Shown: one piece after another, positions 1-10,822 of the stretch
Layout: each line of letters opens with the position of its first letter
Position numbering within the stretch: position 1 is the stretch's first letter
Assembly (NCBI RefSeq): GCF_001949145.1
Contig: NW_019091360.1
Coordinates: 3,594,864 to 3,638,812, forward strand
Direction: 5' to 3'
Source of the DNA: Acanthaster planci
Taxonomy: Eukaryota
DNA length: 43,949 nt
Made by a program: the position numbers and the translations under genes
The notes under the pieces: generated by a model
The model's input: the letters and a program-made list of their open reading frames with translations, nothing else
Told to the model about the DNA's origin: nothing
Databases searched by the model: none

Positions 1-713
1 CACTCATCACCATTCAGCATGGTGTGCTTCTCCCCCCCCCCATTTCCCCACTGTTTCCCCACCCTATAAGTAGCATATGCACTTAAGGATGCGGGCATTC
101 TGTAAGACAGGCTGTGTTACTGTCATGTTCTTGGAAAAAACTCATTGAGTACAAGAACAATTAAATGTGTTTCTAACATTGGAGCTTCCAGCATTTAGTG
201 TGAAAAGAGACATGCAGGTTGTTGAGAATGTGGAAAATGTTCATGTTTAGGTTTCCATTCTGCCACACTCTTTTACAGGAAAATAAAATAATATAAGAAA
301 AAAATATTTCCTGGACTACAGAGATGTAGTTTGAAATTTCTCCCCCCGATGTGTGTCATGCATGCCAAACAGTTGCCTGTAAATATTTTATTGTGCAGTT
401 GTAGGGTGTGTTTTGTTATAATCCATTAAACATGAACCATGGCAAGGTCCGTTTGAAGATCTTTGCTTGTGTTCTTAATATTTTTGAGATGGTGAAAAGA
501 ATGGTTACTGTAGCATTTTGCAAACCTCATTTTCCAAGTCACAAAGTTTATTGCATGGCCTTACCCTCCTGTGCTTTGCTCTAGTCCTTATATCATTCGT
601 GGTAGGTGCCTCCTCCCTATTTCCTTCCAGCGCTGTTCGTGCATCAGTGAAACTTCTGTAGTTTTGATGAGTCAAAAAGGGATCAGTGGCTAACCAACTG
701 TTCCTATCAACAG

Positions 714-815
714 GTGTATAAAGTGTCACCGTTTGAAACTAGACTTCAGAAAGAGATAAACATGAGAGACCGTCGTCGGGCGTCGGCTGACTACCCAGAC
801 ATGGCACCAGCGGGG
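714..815 (+). CDS. TTN: Exon 1 in window (phase 0-0): VYKVSPFETRLQKEINMRDRRRASADYPDMAPAG
   Basis: Branch-like ctaac at 690, acceptor caacag|gtg, weak donor ggg|gtctgt. The peptide resembles the titin/palladin/kettin YKVSxFExRLxxEI motif. Not in the ORF track. Confidence 0.7.
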
Positions 816-1945
816 GTCTGTTCAGATGTTCCTTTCTTGGCATGGTGTGGCCTGTTGAGTTCTGAACTTGATGTCAAATACTGACATACTTATTGTTTGA
901 TTTTGAGAGCATATGCCAGTTCATTGTGGCTCTTTGGTGAGCCTTTATTTGAGGAGACTGCCTACAGCCAGAGAGAGAAAGATAAATCTTGTTTTGAAAA
1001 TTTTTTGAAATGAACTTAACCAATTTAGGAAGTAAAAGAATTTGGACACTCAGTGTCATTAATCTGTAACATTGTTTTCATTATCGCATCATCAAGAATT
1101 GTGTCCTGTGTTGCATGGATGAAAGGATGTGTATTTAACTTTCAGTGTTTTAAAGATACATCGATATAGTTCTTTGAAACTATTTTTTACGAACTGAGGT
1201 GTGAGTAATTACTATTTTGTTGAATGAAGTGTCTTGATGTAAGTCTGAGTGATTTGTTAGCATGAGTTTGCCAGGCATGTTGCTTCTACTGTGAATAGTA
1301 GGCAATGTAAGGAAAGACTTTTTTATTTTCCCCTTGTGTAATAGACCAGATGCCTTGCTACTCCATGAAGCAAGCATTCACTAACACTGCTGTCATTGAG
1401 ATTATTAGTGTCATTTAGTGTGTATGTATTTCCATGTAGAGTTTAAAATTAAACGAAAGTCACAAGTCATTATTAGCTTATTGGACCTTTTAGGCAGAAA
1501 GTGAAAATAATGAACTTTGATTCCATTCAAAACTGTAACACTGAAAAAACATCATGCATTCTTGCTTCCAGCATCCATTTTCAAAGGCCAACCCATATTA
1601 ATTGTTTTTTTTAGGAAAATAAATTCATTGCAAGGGATTTAGTCCAGAAAATGACAAAGATCTGTGTTCAACTATGCAATATACTGCATTTCTACAAGGT
1701 TTTCATGACCTTTGTGGCATCGCAAATTGCATTGTGAAGATCAGAGCCTCCATTTTAGGAGTTCTCTTGACCAGTAGTGCCATTGCTTCGAGAAATTCTT
1801 GTTGGAACAGATTAACATATTTTAGACACTTGAAAAGCTCAAATGCACTCACTTTTATGAATTGCAAACTCCCGCATACAAGTGCTGTTTAGGTCAGTTA
1901 TTTCTTGTAGTCTGATTCCAAGGTGTTCTGGTCTCCTCTTCACAG

Positions 1946-2164
1946 CCTTTCAGTGTGCCGGCCTTCGAAGCCAAGCTGCTGCAGGACCCCAACTTGCCAG
2001 GCATGGTGACTGAGACTGAGACAGAGACCGAGCTATCAGGCATGGAGACAGATGCTGAGAGATCTGGCGCCCCGTGCTTTGTCAAGGAGTTGAGGAACTT
2101 CAAGGTTTTGGAAGGAAGCCCATTCACCTTCAGCTGCAGGGTTGAAGGCTCCCCCAAACCAACC
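1946..2164 (+). CDS. TTN: Exon 2 (0-0): linker plus first half of Ig A
   Basis: ttcacag|cct ... acc|gtgagt; PFSVPAFEAKLL...APCFVKELRNFKVLEGSPFTFSCRVEGSPKPT. Confidence 0.88.
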
Positions 2165-2791
2165 GTGAGTCATGAATATAAACTGTTTCTGAAAATGACC
2201 CAGGCCTTAGACAGTTTTGATGTGGTATAGTCTACCAGCAATTCAGTACACAAATGTACATCTGCTACATCCTTAACCCTAAACCTTGTCATGCAGCATT
2301 TTTGTACTCTAAGTTTTGAGAGCTAACCCCTAAATGTCCACAAATGATAATTTTGAATGGGTATCATAGTGAACGCCTTTCAGGCAAAACATTTTTATGG
2401 GGGAGGGTTAGTTGTGGTGTCTTCTAAAGTAACATTCTTTTGTGTGTATCTTCATGCCGGGGGTAAGTCTCCAATGGAACGACGTATATTAGTTCGTGCA
2501 CATTGTGTCATTACCATTTGATTCAAATTTGGGGGAAGATTGAATAAAATTTCTGTTGCTGAAGTGAGAAACTACCATGGATTGCTTTTGGCAAATCTAT
2601 ATTTGTTTACGCTTTCATTGCTACACCCATCAATCAACACTTGTAGATTTCATAGTAAAGCATTCCGAGCCCTTATCACTACATTCCATGTAGCCATTAC
2701 AAATGGAAAGACGGTATGAAGTCTTGTACAGCTTGGAATCTATCCAAGTTTATGCCAGTCGAAATGCATGCCTCTCTTTCTCTCCCAACAG

Positions 2792-3033
2792 ATTCAGTGG
2801 TTCAAGAACGGCCAGCCAGTGGTTCGTTCCAACCGTGTGGACGTCAAATCCACCGAGGGCTTCTGCTCGCTCCGCATTGAGATGGTCCTCCCAGAAGACA
2901 AGGGTGCTTACACTGTCTTTGCAGCCAACCCCAAGGGGCGGGCGGTCAACACAGGGCGGCTGTATGTGGATCGTGTAGATGAGAATGACATGCCCCAACA
3001 CATGAAGGGTGTGCTAGCTCACCGAGTCAGAGA
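2792..3033 (+). CDS. TTN: Exon 3 (0-2): second half of Ig A plus linker
   Basis: caacag|att ... ga|gtaagt; IQWFKNG...PEDKGAYTVFAANPKG. Confidence 0.92.
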
Positions 3034-3592
3034 GTAAGTCAACATGGATTATTCTCAATTCTTTGATTCACTTTAACCATTCCATTTTTTACCAATATTT
3101 GAGACTTTTATTGCTTGGTTTTTATGGATGTAACAGCAATGATAAAGACAGGAAAATTGTATTTTGCGTGTTCAGGTTATAATTGTATCAGGAGTGATGC
3201 TGTTCTAGTAGTGATGTGAACTTGGCTACAAATTTAAAATTGCCAGTTTTTGTACTAGGCTTCATGTCAGTTTTGGTACTTTATGAAATGACACGGACAA
3301 TTTGAGTTGTCTGTACCGTAAATATATGTAGAAGATGATGATTGATTGATTTATCAAGTTGTCAACTAAAATTTCCATATCTTGTGGAATCTACTGTGAA
3401 GTTTTGGAGGATTTTGCATGATTAAGAAAAACAAATTCTAGCTTCTGTTAATTGGTGTTTGATGTCCCCTAGAAGTTAAACAGCAGAGAATGTGCCACTG
3501 GTTTCATGCAGTGGCAGATTTTGGAGGAATCAGGGAACCTAGCAAGGGTTAATGTACTTGTTAATGTGGAAGTTACCAATATCTGTTGCCAG

Positions 3593-3806
3593 GGAGACCC
3601 AAGAATACCACATCCCAGAGCGCGGTGCTCCGGACAGCGAGGTGAATGAGCGGCACTACAAACCCAGCATCAAGGAGATCCCCAGTGACTTGATAGTCAA
3701 GGAGGGTCAGATTGCTCGCTTCAACTGCCGGGTCAAGGGTAGACCACCTCCTGACCTAGTCTGGTACAGAGATGGCCAACGGGTCTACAGTGATCCTAAC
3801 CACAGG
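3593..3806 (+). CDS. TTN: Exon 4 (2-0): first half of Ig B
   Basis: gccag|g ... agg|gtatgt; ERHYKPSIKEIPSDLIVKEGQIARFNCRVKGRPPPDLVWYRDG. Confidence 0.9.
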
Positions 3807-3938
3807 GTATGTAGATTTGGCCATTGCCAGCATTAAATATGCATTTTTATGAACAAATATTAAAGCACATTTTTAAGGAGCTGTTACCTGACTTTAATAT
3901 GCAAAGTATGTGTTAATTGAATCATCATTCCCTTGCAG

Positions 3939-4071
3939 ATGTTGGTCAATGAGGGCGGTGTGCACTCGCTTCTCATTACCCATGCCAAGCCGGAGGACAG
4001 TGGCCAGTATCGATGTGTGGCATCAAACAGAGCAGGGGAATCTGAGTTCACTGTCGGTCTCTCCGTTGAAG
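3939..4071 (+). CDS. TTN: Exon 5 (0-1): second half of Ig B
   Basis: ttgcag|atg ... g|gtaaac; MLVNEGGVHSLLITHAKPEDSGQYRCVASNRAG (a frame not listed in the ORF track). Confidence 0.92.
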
Positions 4072-4192
4072 GTAAACTTTCCAAGGAAAAAAGCAATCAG
4101 TTATAAATAATTGAAATGATTTAGAATGAATTATTTTTTTAATACGAAGAGATCTCTTCTTGTGTGTAAAATTTGGAATTTTGTTTCCACAG

Positions 4193-4358
4193 CCAAGCAG
4201 CATCTGGTCGCACCATCGTTCATCGACAGGATTGAGAATGAGACAGTGATGGAGGGTGAACCCATCACACTGAATTGTAAGGTCAGTGGAGCCCCTATGC
4301 CTCAGGTCAACTGGCAGAAAGATGGACATCACATCACCAGGGGCTCCAACAGATACAG
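4193..4358 (+). CDS. TTN: Exon 6 (1-2): first half of Ig C
   Basis: ccacag|cc ... ag|gtcagt; APSFIDRIENETVMEGEPITLNCKVSGAPMPQVNWQKDG. Confidence 0.92.
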
Positions 4359-4772
4359 GTCAGTGGGCATGCAGTCTTGACGTTCTGTTTTACCAAACAT
4401 GGGACCCTACATCGCTGCACATAGTTGCAGAGTACATCTCCAACTGTGCCATATATTTCCGTGGTAATCTTTGAGGTTGTACATGTGATAAAGTATACCT
4501 TTTGTCTTGGTATAACATGTCATAGTTGCTTGTATTGTTTGAGATATTTTCTGTGCCTTGGAAGAACTTCACACAGTGCTCAGTGAACAAATTCCTATCC
4601 CCTTGAAAATCAGTCCTGAACCAGTACTGTTCTATCTCAATTGTCATGTACTTGGCAGCTTCAGAATGGCTTTTTTCTTTCTTATTCAAATGCTTCTTAG
4701 ACAAAAGCTAACCAATACAACTGCCTACAGAATCAATAGCATTTCTGTATGTATCTCATGGTATATTCACAG

Positions 4773-4903
4773 AATTGAGATGCTGCAAGGAGTATGCAGT
4801 TTCTCCATTGACAAGACAAGTCGTGAAGACAGCGGATGGTACACATGCACAGCATTCAACTCTGCTGGCCGTGTCTCCTGCAGGTGTAAAGTCCAAGTCA
4901 CAT
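4773..4903 (+). CDS. TTN: Exon 7 (2-1): second half of Ig C
   Basis: ttcacag|a ... t|gtaagt; EDSGWYTCTAFNSAGRVSC. Confidence 0.92.
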
Positions 4904-5046
4904 GTAAGTAAATCCATGACGAGTAGTTGACCCTCTGCTCAATATTTATCCACTGGCATAAGTCCCCTTAGTGTTACCATCCCTAAAATCTAATGAAAAA
5001 GAGAATACAAATCTCATTAGTTTGTCATGTTGTGCTTCTGTTGTAG

Positions 5047-5113
5047 ATCAACCACCTATTGGACGGGTTCCTGGGACAGCGCCACCCTTGGTGAAAAAGA
5101 AGGCTCCAACACA
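5047..5113 (+). CDS. TTN: Exon 8 (1-2): Pro/Lys-rich linker
   Basis: ttgtag|at ... ca|gtatgg; YQPPIGRVPGTAPPLVKKKAPTQ; needed to bridge phase 1 to phase 2. Confidence 0.75.
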
Positions 5114-5655
5114 GTATGGGAATTTTTCACATTTTATATTGCTCCCTCACCATTGTGCTGTTAAAAATAATTCAGTGGACCGCTTAAGCTGAATTGTGGC
5201 TAAACTCAGCTAAGGGAAAAATCAGATTCTTTGTTCACTTCTTGGGCAGTTAAATAGATTAAAAGAATTAACCCTGCAAAACTTTGTGCAATTGTTGGCC
5301 TGTATCTCACAAACCTTACTCAAACTCATGTTCCATTGGTAATTTCTTGGAAATTCAAAAATGCTGAATTGATTACTGTTGTCTTATGTCAAGGTTATGT
5401 TGATCGGTTCATGTTGTTCCCTATCATTCGTTAATGCAGTTTCATTGCTTTTCAAAATGCTACCCTTCTGTTCATTTCTAAGTTTTCTTTTTAGGTACAT
5501 GCATATTCTTTCGTTTGTTACCATTGTGCTTTATTTCTATATCAATATATGTATCTCGATCTTAATTATGAAAGCATGAAAATAAGTATCATTCACCAAT
5601 ATTTCAATTTCTACAGAAATAACTATAAATTTTCTACTAATTTTACCATTTCCAG

Positions 5656-5888
5656 GCAAAGCAGACCACCTGCAGAACCTCGCTCCTCAGGGTCCATCTT
5701 CACTCGACCAGATCAGTTTTCGGATGATGAAGCGTTCCCCAAGACGCCTGAACCTCGCTTCACCATCCCCCTCAACGACGTGCACAAGAAGGAGGGTGAG
5801 AACGCTCGCTTTGCCTGCCGACTTGAGCCAGCTAACGATGAGACCATGAGGGTGGAATGGCTGAAGAACGGCATGCCACTCTTTGCTG
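5656..5888 (+). CDS. TTN: Exon 9 (2-1): kettin-type cassette 1, Ig first half
   Basis: ttccag|g ... g|gtaaga; PRFTIPLNDVHKKEGENARFACRLEPANDETMRVEWLKNG. Confidence 0.92.
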
Positions 5889-6312
5889 GTAAGATGAAGC
5901 TGGAGAATACCAAATGCAGCTAGTCATATTTAAAAAGTCACATATTGGATAGCTTGACTTTGTTTCCTGCTTATAACGTGAAGTAAGATATTTCAGTTAA
6001 CAATTTTCTCATGTAGGTTGCTGCTACGTGTTTAGTATGTTTCACATGTTCATTTCAGGTTGGTGTATCAAAATACTTGTATTTAGTTGAGTATGGCAAA
6101 CTCTTGGTGTCACAAAGTCTACATAAAAGATACGGAAAAAGGAGATGGTAATGAGCCAATGGAATGAAGTCATTTTTCACGATTCAAAGTCTTTCTCATC
6201 TGTTTTTTTTTTTCAGCCTTCTCCCACATGTCCATTTTTGCATGTCACTCTCAGTTTCTACCTGTTCTCGGTTTGTTAAGCAGACATTGTCTCTCGTGCT
6301 CGCTCTATTCAG

Positions 6313-6456
6313 GCTCTAGGATCAAGACAAGCTGCGAGTTTGGCCTCTGTCATTTGGAGATTCAAGGCATCTACCCAGAGGATGCTGGGATCATCACTTG
6401 CCGAGCTGCCAATGCTAGTGGACACACTGAGACCTCCGGAAGGCTCTCGTGTCAAA
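6313..6456 (+). CDS. TTN: Exon 10 (1-1, 144 nt): cassette 1, Ig second half
   Basis: attcag|gc ... a|gtaagc; SRIKTSCEFGLCHLEIQGIYPEDAGIITCRAANASG. Confidence 0.92.
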
Positions 6457-6844
6457 GTAAGCCAATGACTTTGTCGTAACACGTTGACTTAACTAGGAAA
6501 ATGGCCATTTTGGGTTATGACTCACATAACAAATACATTGGTCTATTCAGCTGACCAGGTTATTATTTTGCATTCATTAAGTACCAACTGCCTTGGAAAT
6601 GAATACCAGCTTAGAAACAGGTGACTTTGCATTATATTCTCTTATGCAGAGAACAGTAATTTTTTCCCCCATAAAGGTGCCTAGCCATGTTACATTTAGG
6701 AAGATCCAAATCTATTTCAGTATTGTAAGACATTTAAATCTCCCAAGTATCTCTAGTGTGTGTGATGCTATATAAATAAAAATCAAGTTTACTCATTGTT
6801 TATACTTCCTTTGTGTTATATATATTTGTGTTATATATCTGCAG

Positions 6845-6932
6845 CCAAGGGGTCAGTCATTTCTGACAGTCAGCTGCCTGCAGATATGCAAGGAATACAA
6901 AAGACTCTCAAGTATGAGGAGTACCTCCGGGG
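6845..6932 (+). CDS. TTN: Exon 11 (1-2): cassette 1 kettin linker
   Basis: ctgcag|cc ... gg|gtaagt; KGSVISDSQLPADMQGIQKTLKYEEYLR. Confidence 0.88.
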
Positions 6933-7516
6933 GTAAGTGACAAGGATCTCTTGAGGCTTTAGTCCCACATCCTGCTTAAGTCAATGCTTTATTTTCATCT
7001 TGAATAGAGGTACCAATCTAAGATGTTGATTAAGTGCAACTCTTTTGTAATCTGGTATTCTTAAAATGATTGGTAGGTTGCAGACTGGCAGAGCACTGAA
7101 ACACCTGCATCGATATTCATGCACCAGAAAGGAATAATGTTGGAGAGTCATCAATTGTATTAATATCTTGCATTCTGAAACAGCTTCTTTTTGGAGGGTT
7201 GATTAATTCCTACCTTGAATTATAATTCCAATGAAGAACAAAATTGGAAATTTGGAGAATGACAGTGTGTGAAACTGGCAAAGTATGCCAAATGTGCTAA
7301 TATCCCGAAGGTCATTGGTATGGCACTCTGCACACTGAAGTATTGAGTCCTCTTCTCTAGTTTAGTACCATTGGGCATGTTTTAACATTTTAGGTTTCTG
7401 TGTATGATTGCTTCAAGGTACATTTTAATTTTTGTATTTATCGGAAAAGTCGCACATAATTATACTTGAGACTCATTCTTAGCTTAATCCCCTTGGTTAA
7501 AATTTGTATCTTGAAG

Positions 7517-7719
7517 ATCTGACGATGGCCTGGCCAGGGAAAAACCTCTTGCTCAGTCATACGATGAAGAGCGGGCCCCTCCGCCCAACTTTGTCATCTC
7601 CCCACGAGACGTCAAGAAGCATGAGGGGAAAGACGCTCGCTTTGCCTGCAAGATTGAGCCGACTGGCGATGGTACCATGCAAGTTGAATGGCTGCGGAAC
7701 GGAAGGCCACTGTTCACCA
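7517..7719 (+). CDS. TTN: Exon 12 (2-1): cassette 2, Ig first half
   Basis: ttgaag|a ... a|gtaaga; PPNFVISPRDVKKHEGKDARFACKIEPTGDGTMQVEWLRNG; the acceptor is less canonical. Confidence 0.85.
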
Positions 7720-8075
7720 GTAAGACTGTCATTTCTGTTCACGAAGGCGATGCAAACTCTGAATCTTTTGACTGGTATCTTGTATTCAAGCTTCAAAACC
7801 TATAGAATGGGAGGAGCCTACCAAAGCAGACCTGGCCCATAGTGGGATACATCACACATCCAGTTGGAAGACCTTTCACAAGACCAGTCATAAGTAAAAG
7901 GGTTAACAGTGGCATAGGTCACATTTATCTGAGTAGCTTAAGACGTGGCTTGTGACTTGATGACTTTCACTGATTTGTGATTGACGCATCTTTATCCCTA
8001 CCTCTACTCTCAAGACAACCAGTTTATTCCTTAAAACTGTATTGTAATGTACACATTGATATAAATTGTTTGCAG

Positions 8076-8219
8076 GCTCAAGAATCAAAACAACCTTTGA
8101 GTTTGGCATCGCCAGCCTGGACATCAAGGGTGTGTATGCTGAAGATGCTGGGGTCATCACTTGCTGTGCTTCCAACGAGAGCGGAAAGAACGAAGTCTCT
8201 TGCAAGCTCATTGTCCACT
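8076..8219 (+). CDS. TTN: Exon 13 (1-1, 144 nt): cassette 2, Ig second half
   Basis: ttgcag|gc ... t|gtaagt; SRIKTTFEFGIASLDIKGVYAEDAGVITCCASNESG. Confidence 0.92.
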
Positions 8220-8358
8220 GTAAGTTACTTCTTAATATATGCTTTACTCTCACCTGTTTGGTCATTGTGTTCACATGTTGTGCGTTTGGTGTTCATGTAG
8301 TAGTCATATGATACTTTGATGCATATTCATCACTAAGTAGAATCAAATTGGTTTACAG

Positions 8359-8452
8359 CCAAAGACAGCCTGATCATGGAAAGCCAACTTCCAGACAGCA
8401 TGAGACAGGGTATTGAGAAGACTCTGGAATATGACCGATCCATCAGTGATGA
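8359..8452 (+). CDS. TTN: Exon 14 (1-2): cassette 2 linker
   Basis: ttacag|cc ... ga|gtaagt; KDSLIMESQLPDSMRQGIEKTLEYDRSISD. Confidence 0.9.
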
Positions 8453-8723
8453 GTAAGTAGGATGTTAAGAAGCCAAGTATCTATCTTAAAACACAGGGTT
8501 GCCATTCTCAAGAAAACATAGTGTGTCCAGTGATTACACAAAAAGACAGTTTTGATCAGTAAAAAAAAATCACATCGCTCTTAATTCCCTGAAACTGGTT
8601 GTATGGGAAAACAGTGGAAATTTTATGACAATCTGAAGAGCGCTAAAACAGTTTCTGAGTTTAATGTGGGTTGTGTTGTGATAATGCTGACATGAAACTG
8701 TGTTGCATTATTGCATTGTCCAG

Positions 8724-8932
8724 TGGTATTGTGAAGGAGGGCCAGCCATCCAGACCAGACACAGGTGTCTATCACGAGGCAGGCAGGGCACCAGCCCCAC
8801 GCATTTTGGTCCCTGTCAGCAGCCTGCAGAGATCCGAAGGACAAAGTGCTCACTTTGCTTGCCGGATTGAACCTGCTAACGATGCCACTACCAAGGTGGA
8901 ATGGTCCAAAGACGGCCAACCACTTGTCACTG
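8724..8932 (+). CDS. TTN: Exon 15 (2-1): cassette 3, Ig first half
   Basis: gtccag|t ... g|gtaaga; APRILVPVSSLQRSEGQSAHFACRIEPANDATTKVEWSKDG. Confidence 0.9.
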
Positions 8933-9073
8933 GTAAGAGCAAACCTTTGCCATCGCAATCCTCATTACCACCAATCTACTAATTTTTTTACTTCAAAAGA
9001 GTGGAATTTCAAAAAGTACTTGGGAATGTTTCTGAAGGTTTTCTCAAGCTGATTTTTATATTTTTTTTAACAG

Positions 9074-9217
9074 GCTCTCGCATCAAGAGTGTGTTTGAGT
9101 TTGGAATTGCTAGCTTGAACTTCAAAGATGTCACGGCAGAAGACTCGGGAACAATTACTTGCACTGTCACCAATGAAAGCGGAACGGCAGAATCCTCTGC
9201 AAAACTGGTTTGCCGAG
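9074..9217 (+). CDS. TTN: Exon 16 (1-1, 144 nt): cassette 3, Ig second half
   Basis: taacag|gc ... g|gtaagc; SRIKSVFEFGIASLNFKDVTAEDSGTITCTVTNESG. Confidence 0.92.
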
Positions 9218-9396
9218 GTAAGCTTTTCAAATTTGAGAGAATTTGGGGTTCGACCAGACATTTCAGATTTCCACTGGTTATCGATAACACTGGAGAGGTA
9301 TATCTGAGTAAAGGTTTTCATTGAATATTTTGGGTCCATCAATTGGCTTTGAAATGGCCTGTCTTTATGGCTGTTGTTGATCTCAGCTCTGCTTTG

Positions 9397-9655
9397 TTAA
9401 CCACTTACTGCCTAGTGCTTTTAAAAATGCAGTGCACACATACGGGAGATTTTCAAGACTTTGAGTTTTCAAATTTCTTTTAAAAATTCATCATTTCATT
9501 TAATGGACGTTTACACCCACACGAATGACTGTTTGGTGGCTACTCTAAGCTGATAGGTAGTCTTCCTTGACTCCTGAGTATTTCTGCCAGGCTTGCCACC
9601 CTGTAAAGAGAGCCCATGGTGCTCGAAACGGGGTTCGTCGGCAGCAAGTGGTTAA
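9397..9655. mobile_element. TTAA-flanked MITE-like element (non-autonomous, possibly piggyBac-type)
   Basis: Terminal inverted repeats ttaaccacttactgcc / ggcagcaagtggttaa (15 of 16 bases complementary), TTAA at both ends, no transposase; related ends at 10160 and 26374-26923. Confidence 0.7.
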
Positions 9656-9827
9656 AGTTAATTTTCTTATCCACTCGTAGTCAACCGTTATGTATGACCA
9701 CAAAGTTTTTGTCTTGAAATTTTCAAATGTCCATTTTTTCAATAAGTGAAATATTCTGATGAAAGTTTCACATTTGTCCGTTATTTTGTCTGTGCACTGA
9801 TGATTACAATAAATACATTTTTTCCAG

Positions 9828-9921
9828 CTCAAGGAAGCTTAATCACCAAGAGCCAACTTCCTGAGGAGATGCGGGCCGGCATTGAGAAGACTCTGGAACA
9901 AGAGAGATCTCTCAGTGAAGA
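9828..9921 (+). CDS. TTN: Exon 17 (1-2): cassette 3 linker
   Basis: ttccag|ct ... ga|gtaagt; QGSLITKSQLPEEMRAGIEKTLEQERSLSE. Confidence 0.9.
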
Positions 9922-10007
9922 GTAAGTCCTTGTTGTGAAAACTTATGTCTTCAAACACCTTTCTTTTACCCTGTTGATGGGATTTGGCTCAGTACACTTT
10001 TTTACAA

Positions 10008-10160
10008 TTAGAGTAGCCACCAGAGAGTCATTTGTGTGGGTGTAAACATCTACTAAATGAAGTTATGAATTTTTAAAGAATTTTGAAAGCAGAAAAAAAA
10101 GAAAAGTCTCCAGCCCAGCAGAATCAACATGGATAAATGGACCCGGCAGGAAGTGGTTAA
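10008..10160 (-). mobile_element. Partial, inverted copy of the 9397-9655 MITE family
   Basis: The reverse complement reads ttaaccacttcctgcc...tttaaaaattcat..ttcattta...gtttacacccacac.aatgact...ggtggctactctaa, matching ~9397-9548. Confidence 0.7.
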
Positions 10161-10374
10161 CAGATAAGACATTTGAACTGTAAACCCCTCCACATCCCTC
10201 AGTGAACACTGGGGAGTTTGGGCAGCTTTTTAGCAGGATTTAGAAATGACCCATTAGTTTCCTGCACTCTGGAGGATTTTCGGAGGATTAAAGAAATTTG
10301 CTAACAATGCCAATGGAGTTAGGGCCTTAAAGTATTGTTTAATATCTGTGAAAGCACACCATTAGTTTTTTATT

Positions 10375-10685
10375 CTAACCCTCATGGGTACTTGGCCAGA
10401 AACCGCGCCAGACATATCAGTCTGCATCATTTGTCCAAGTGGCTTGCCTGCAGAGTTTTACAAGAGTCAACAGATCAACTCTCCCCAAGGTCAAACAGTC
10501 TGGGAGTCTGTGGTTGCCAGTCGCCACAAGATCCAGCAGTGGCATCGTTCAATGGGACTTGCTCCCATCGTCTCAACATGGCCAGTGTGTTCATCTGCTG
10601 TTGATTGCCCAGTGAATCAAAGTGCAGCAGACTTTTCTACCTGATACACTGTGCTGCATCTGGCAGGGTTAGGGTTAAGGGTTAA
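10375..10685. mobile_element. Possible degenerate MITE with TAACCCT/AGGGTTA ends
   Basis: Left taaccct...gccaga...atatcag versus right ctgata...tctggcagggttagggttaa; similar ends also at 2273-2411; the match is imperfect. Confidence 0.35.
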
Positions 10686-10822
10686 AGTGGGGAAACTAAC
10701 ACTGCAAGGAGCACTGCAAAGAAAAAAAAGACAGAAGGAAGTTGCGAAGGCAGACTTCGATTTTGATGAATCTTTATGGGGGGTTATATTTTAATCACTT
10801 TCCCCGCTTTGCTTACGAGCAG

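Noticed and set aside
4101..4110. MEF2-like TTATAAATAA
   Set aside because: An all-A/T match in a small AT-rich intron, expected by chance.
10665..10685. Telomere-like agggttagggttaagggtt
   Set aside because: Only about three imperfect units; better explained as a MITE terminus.
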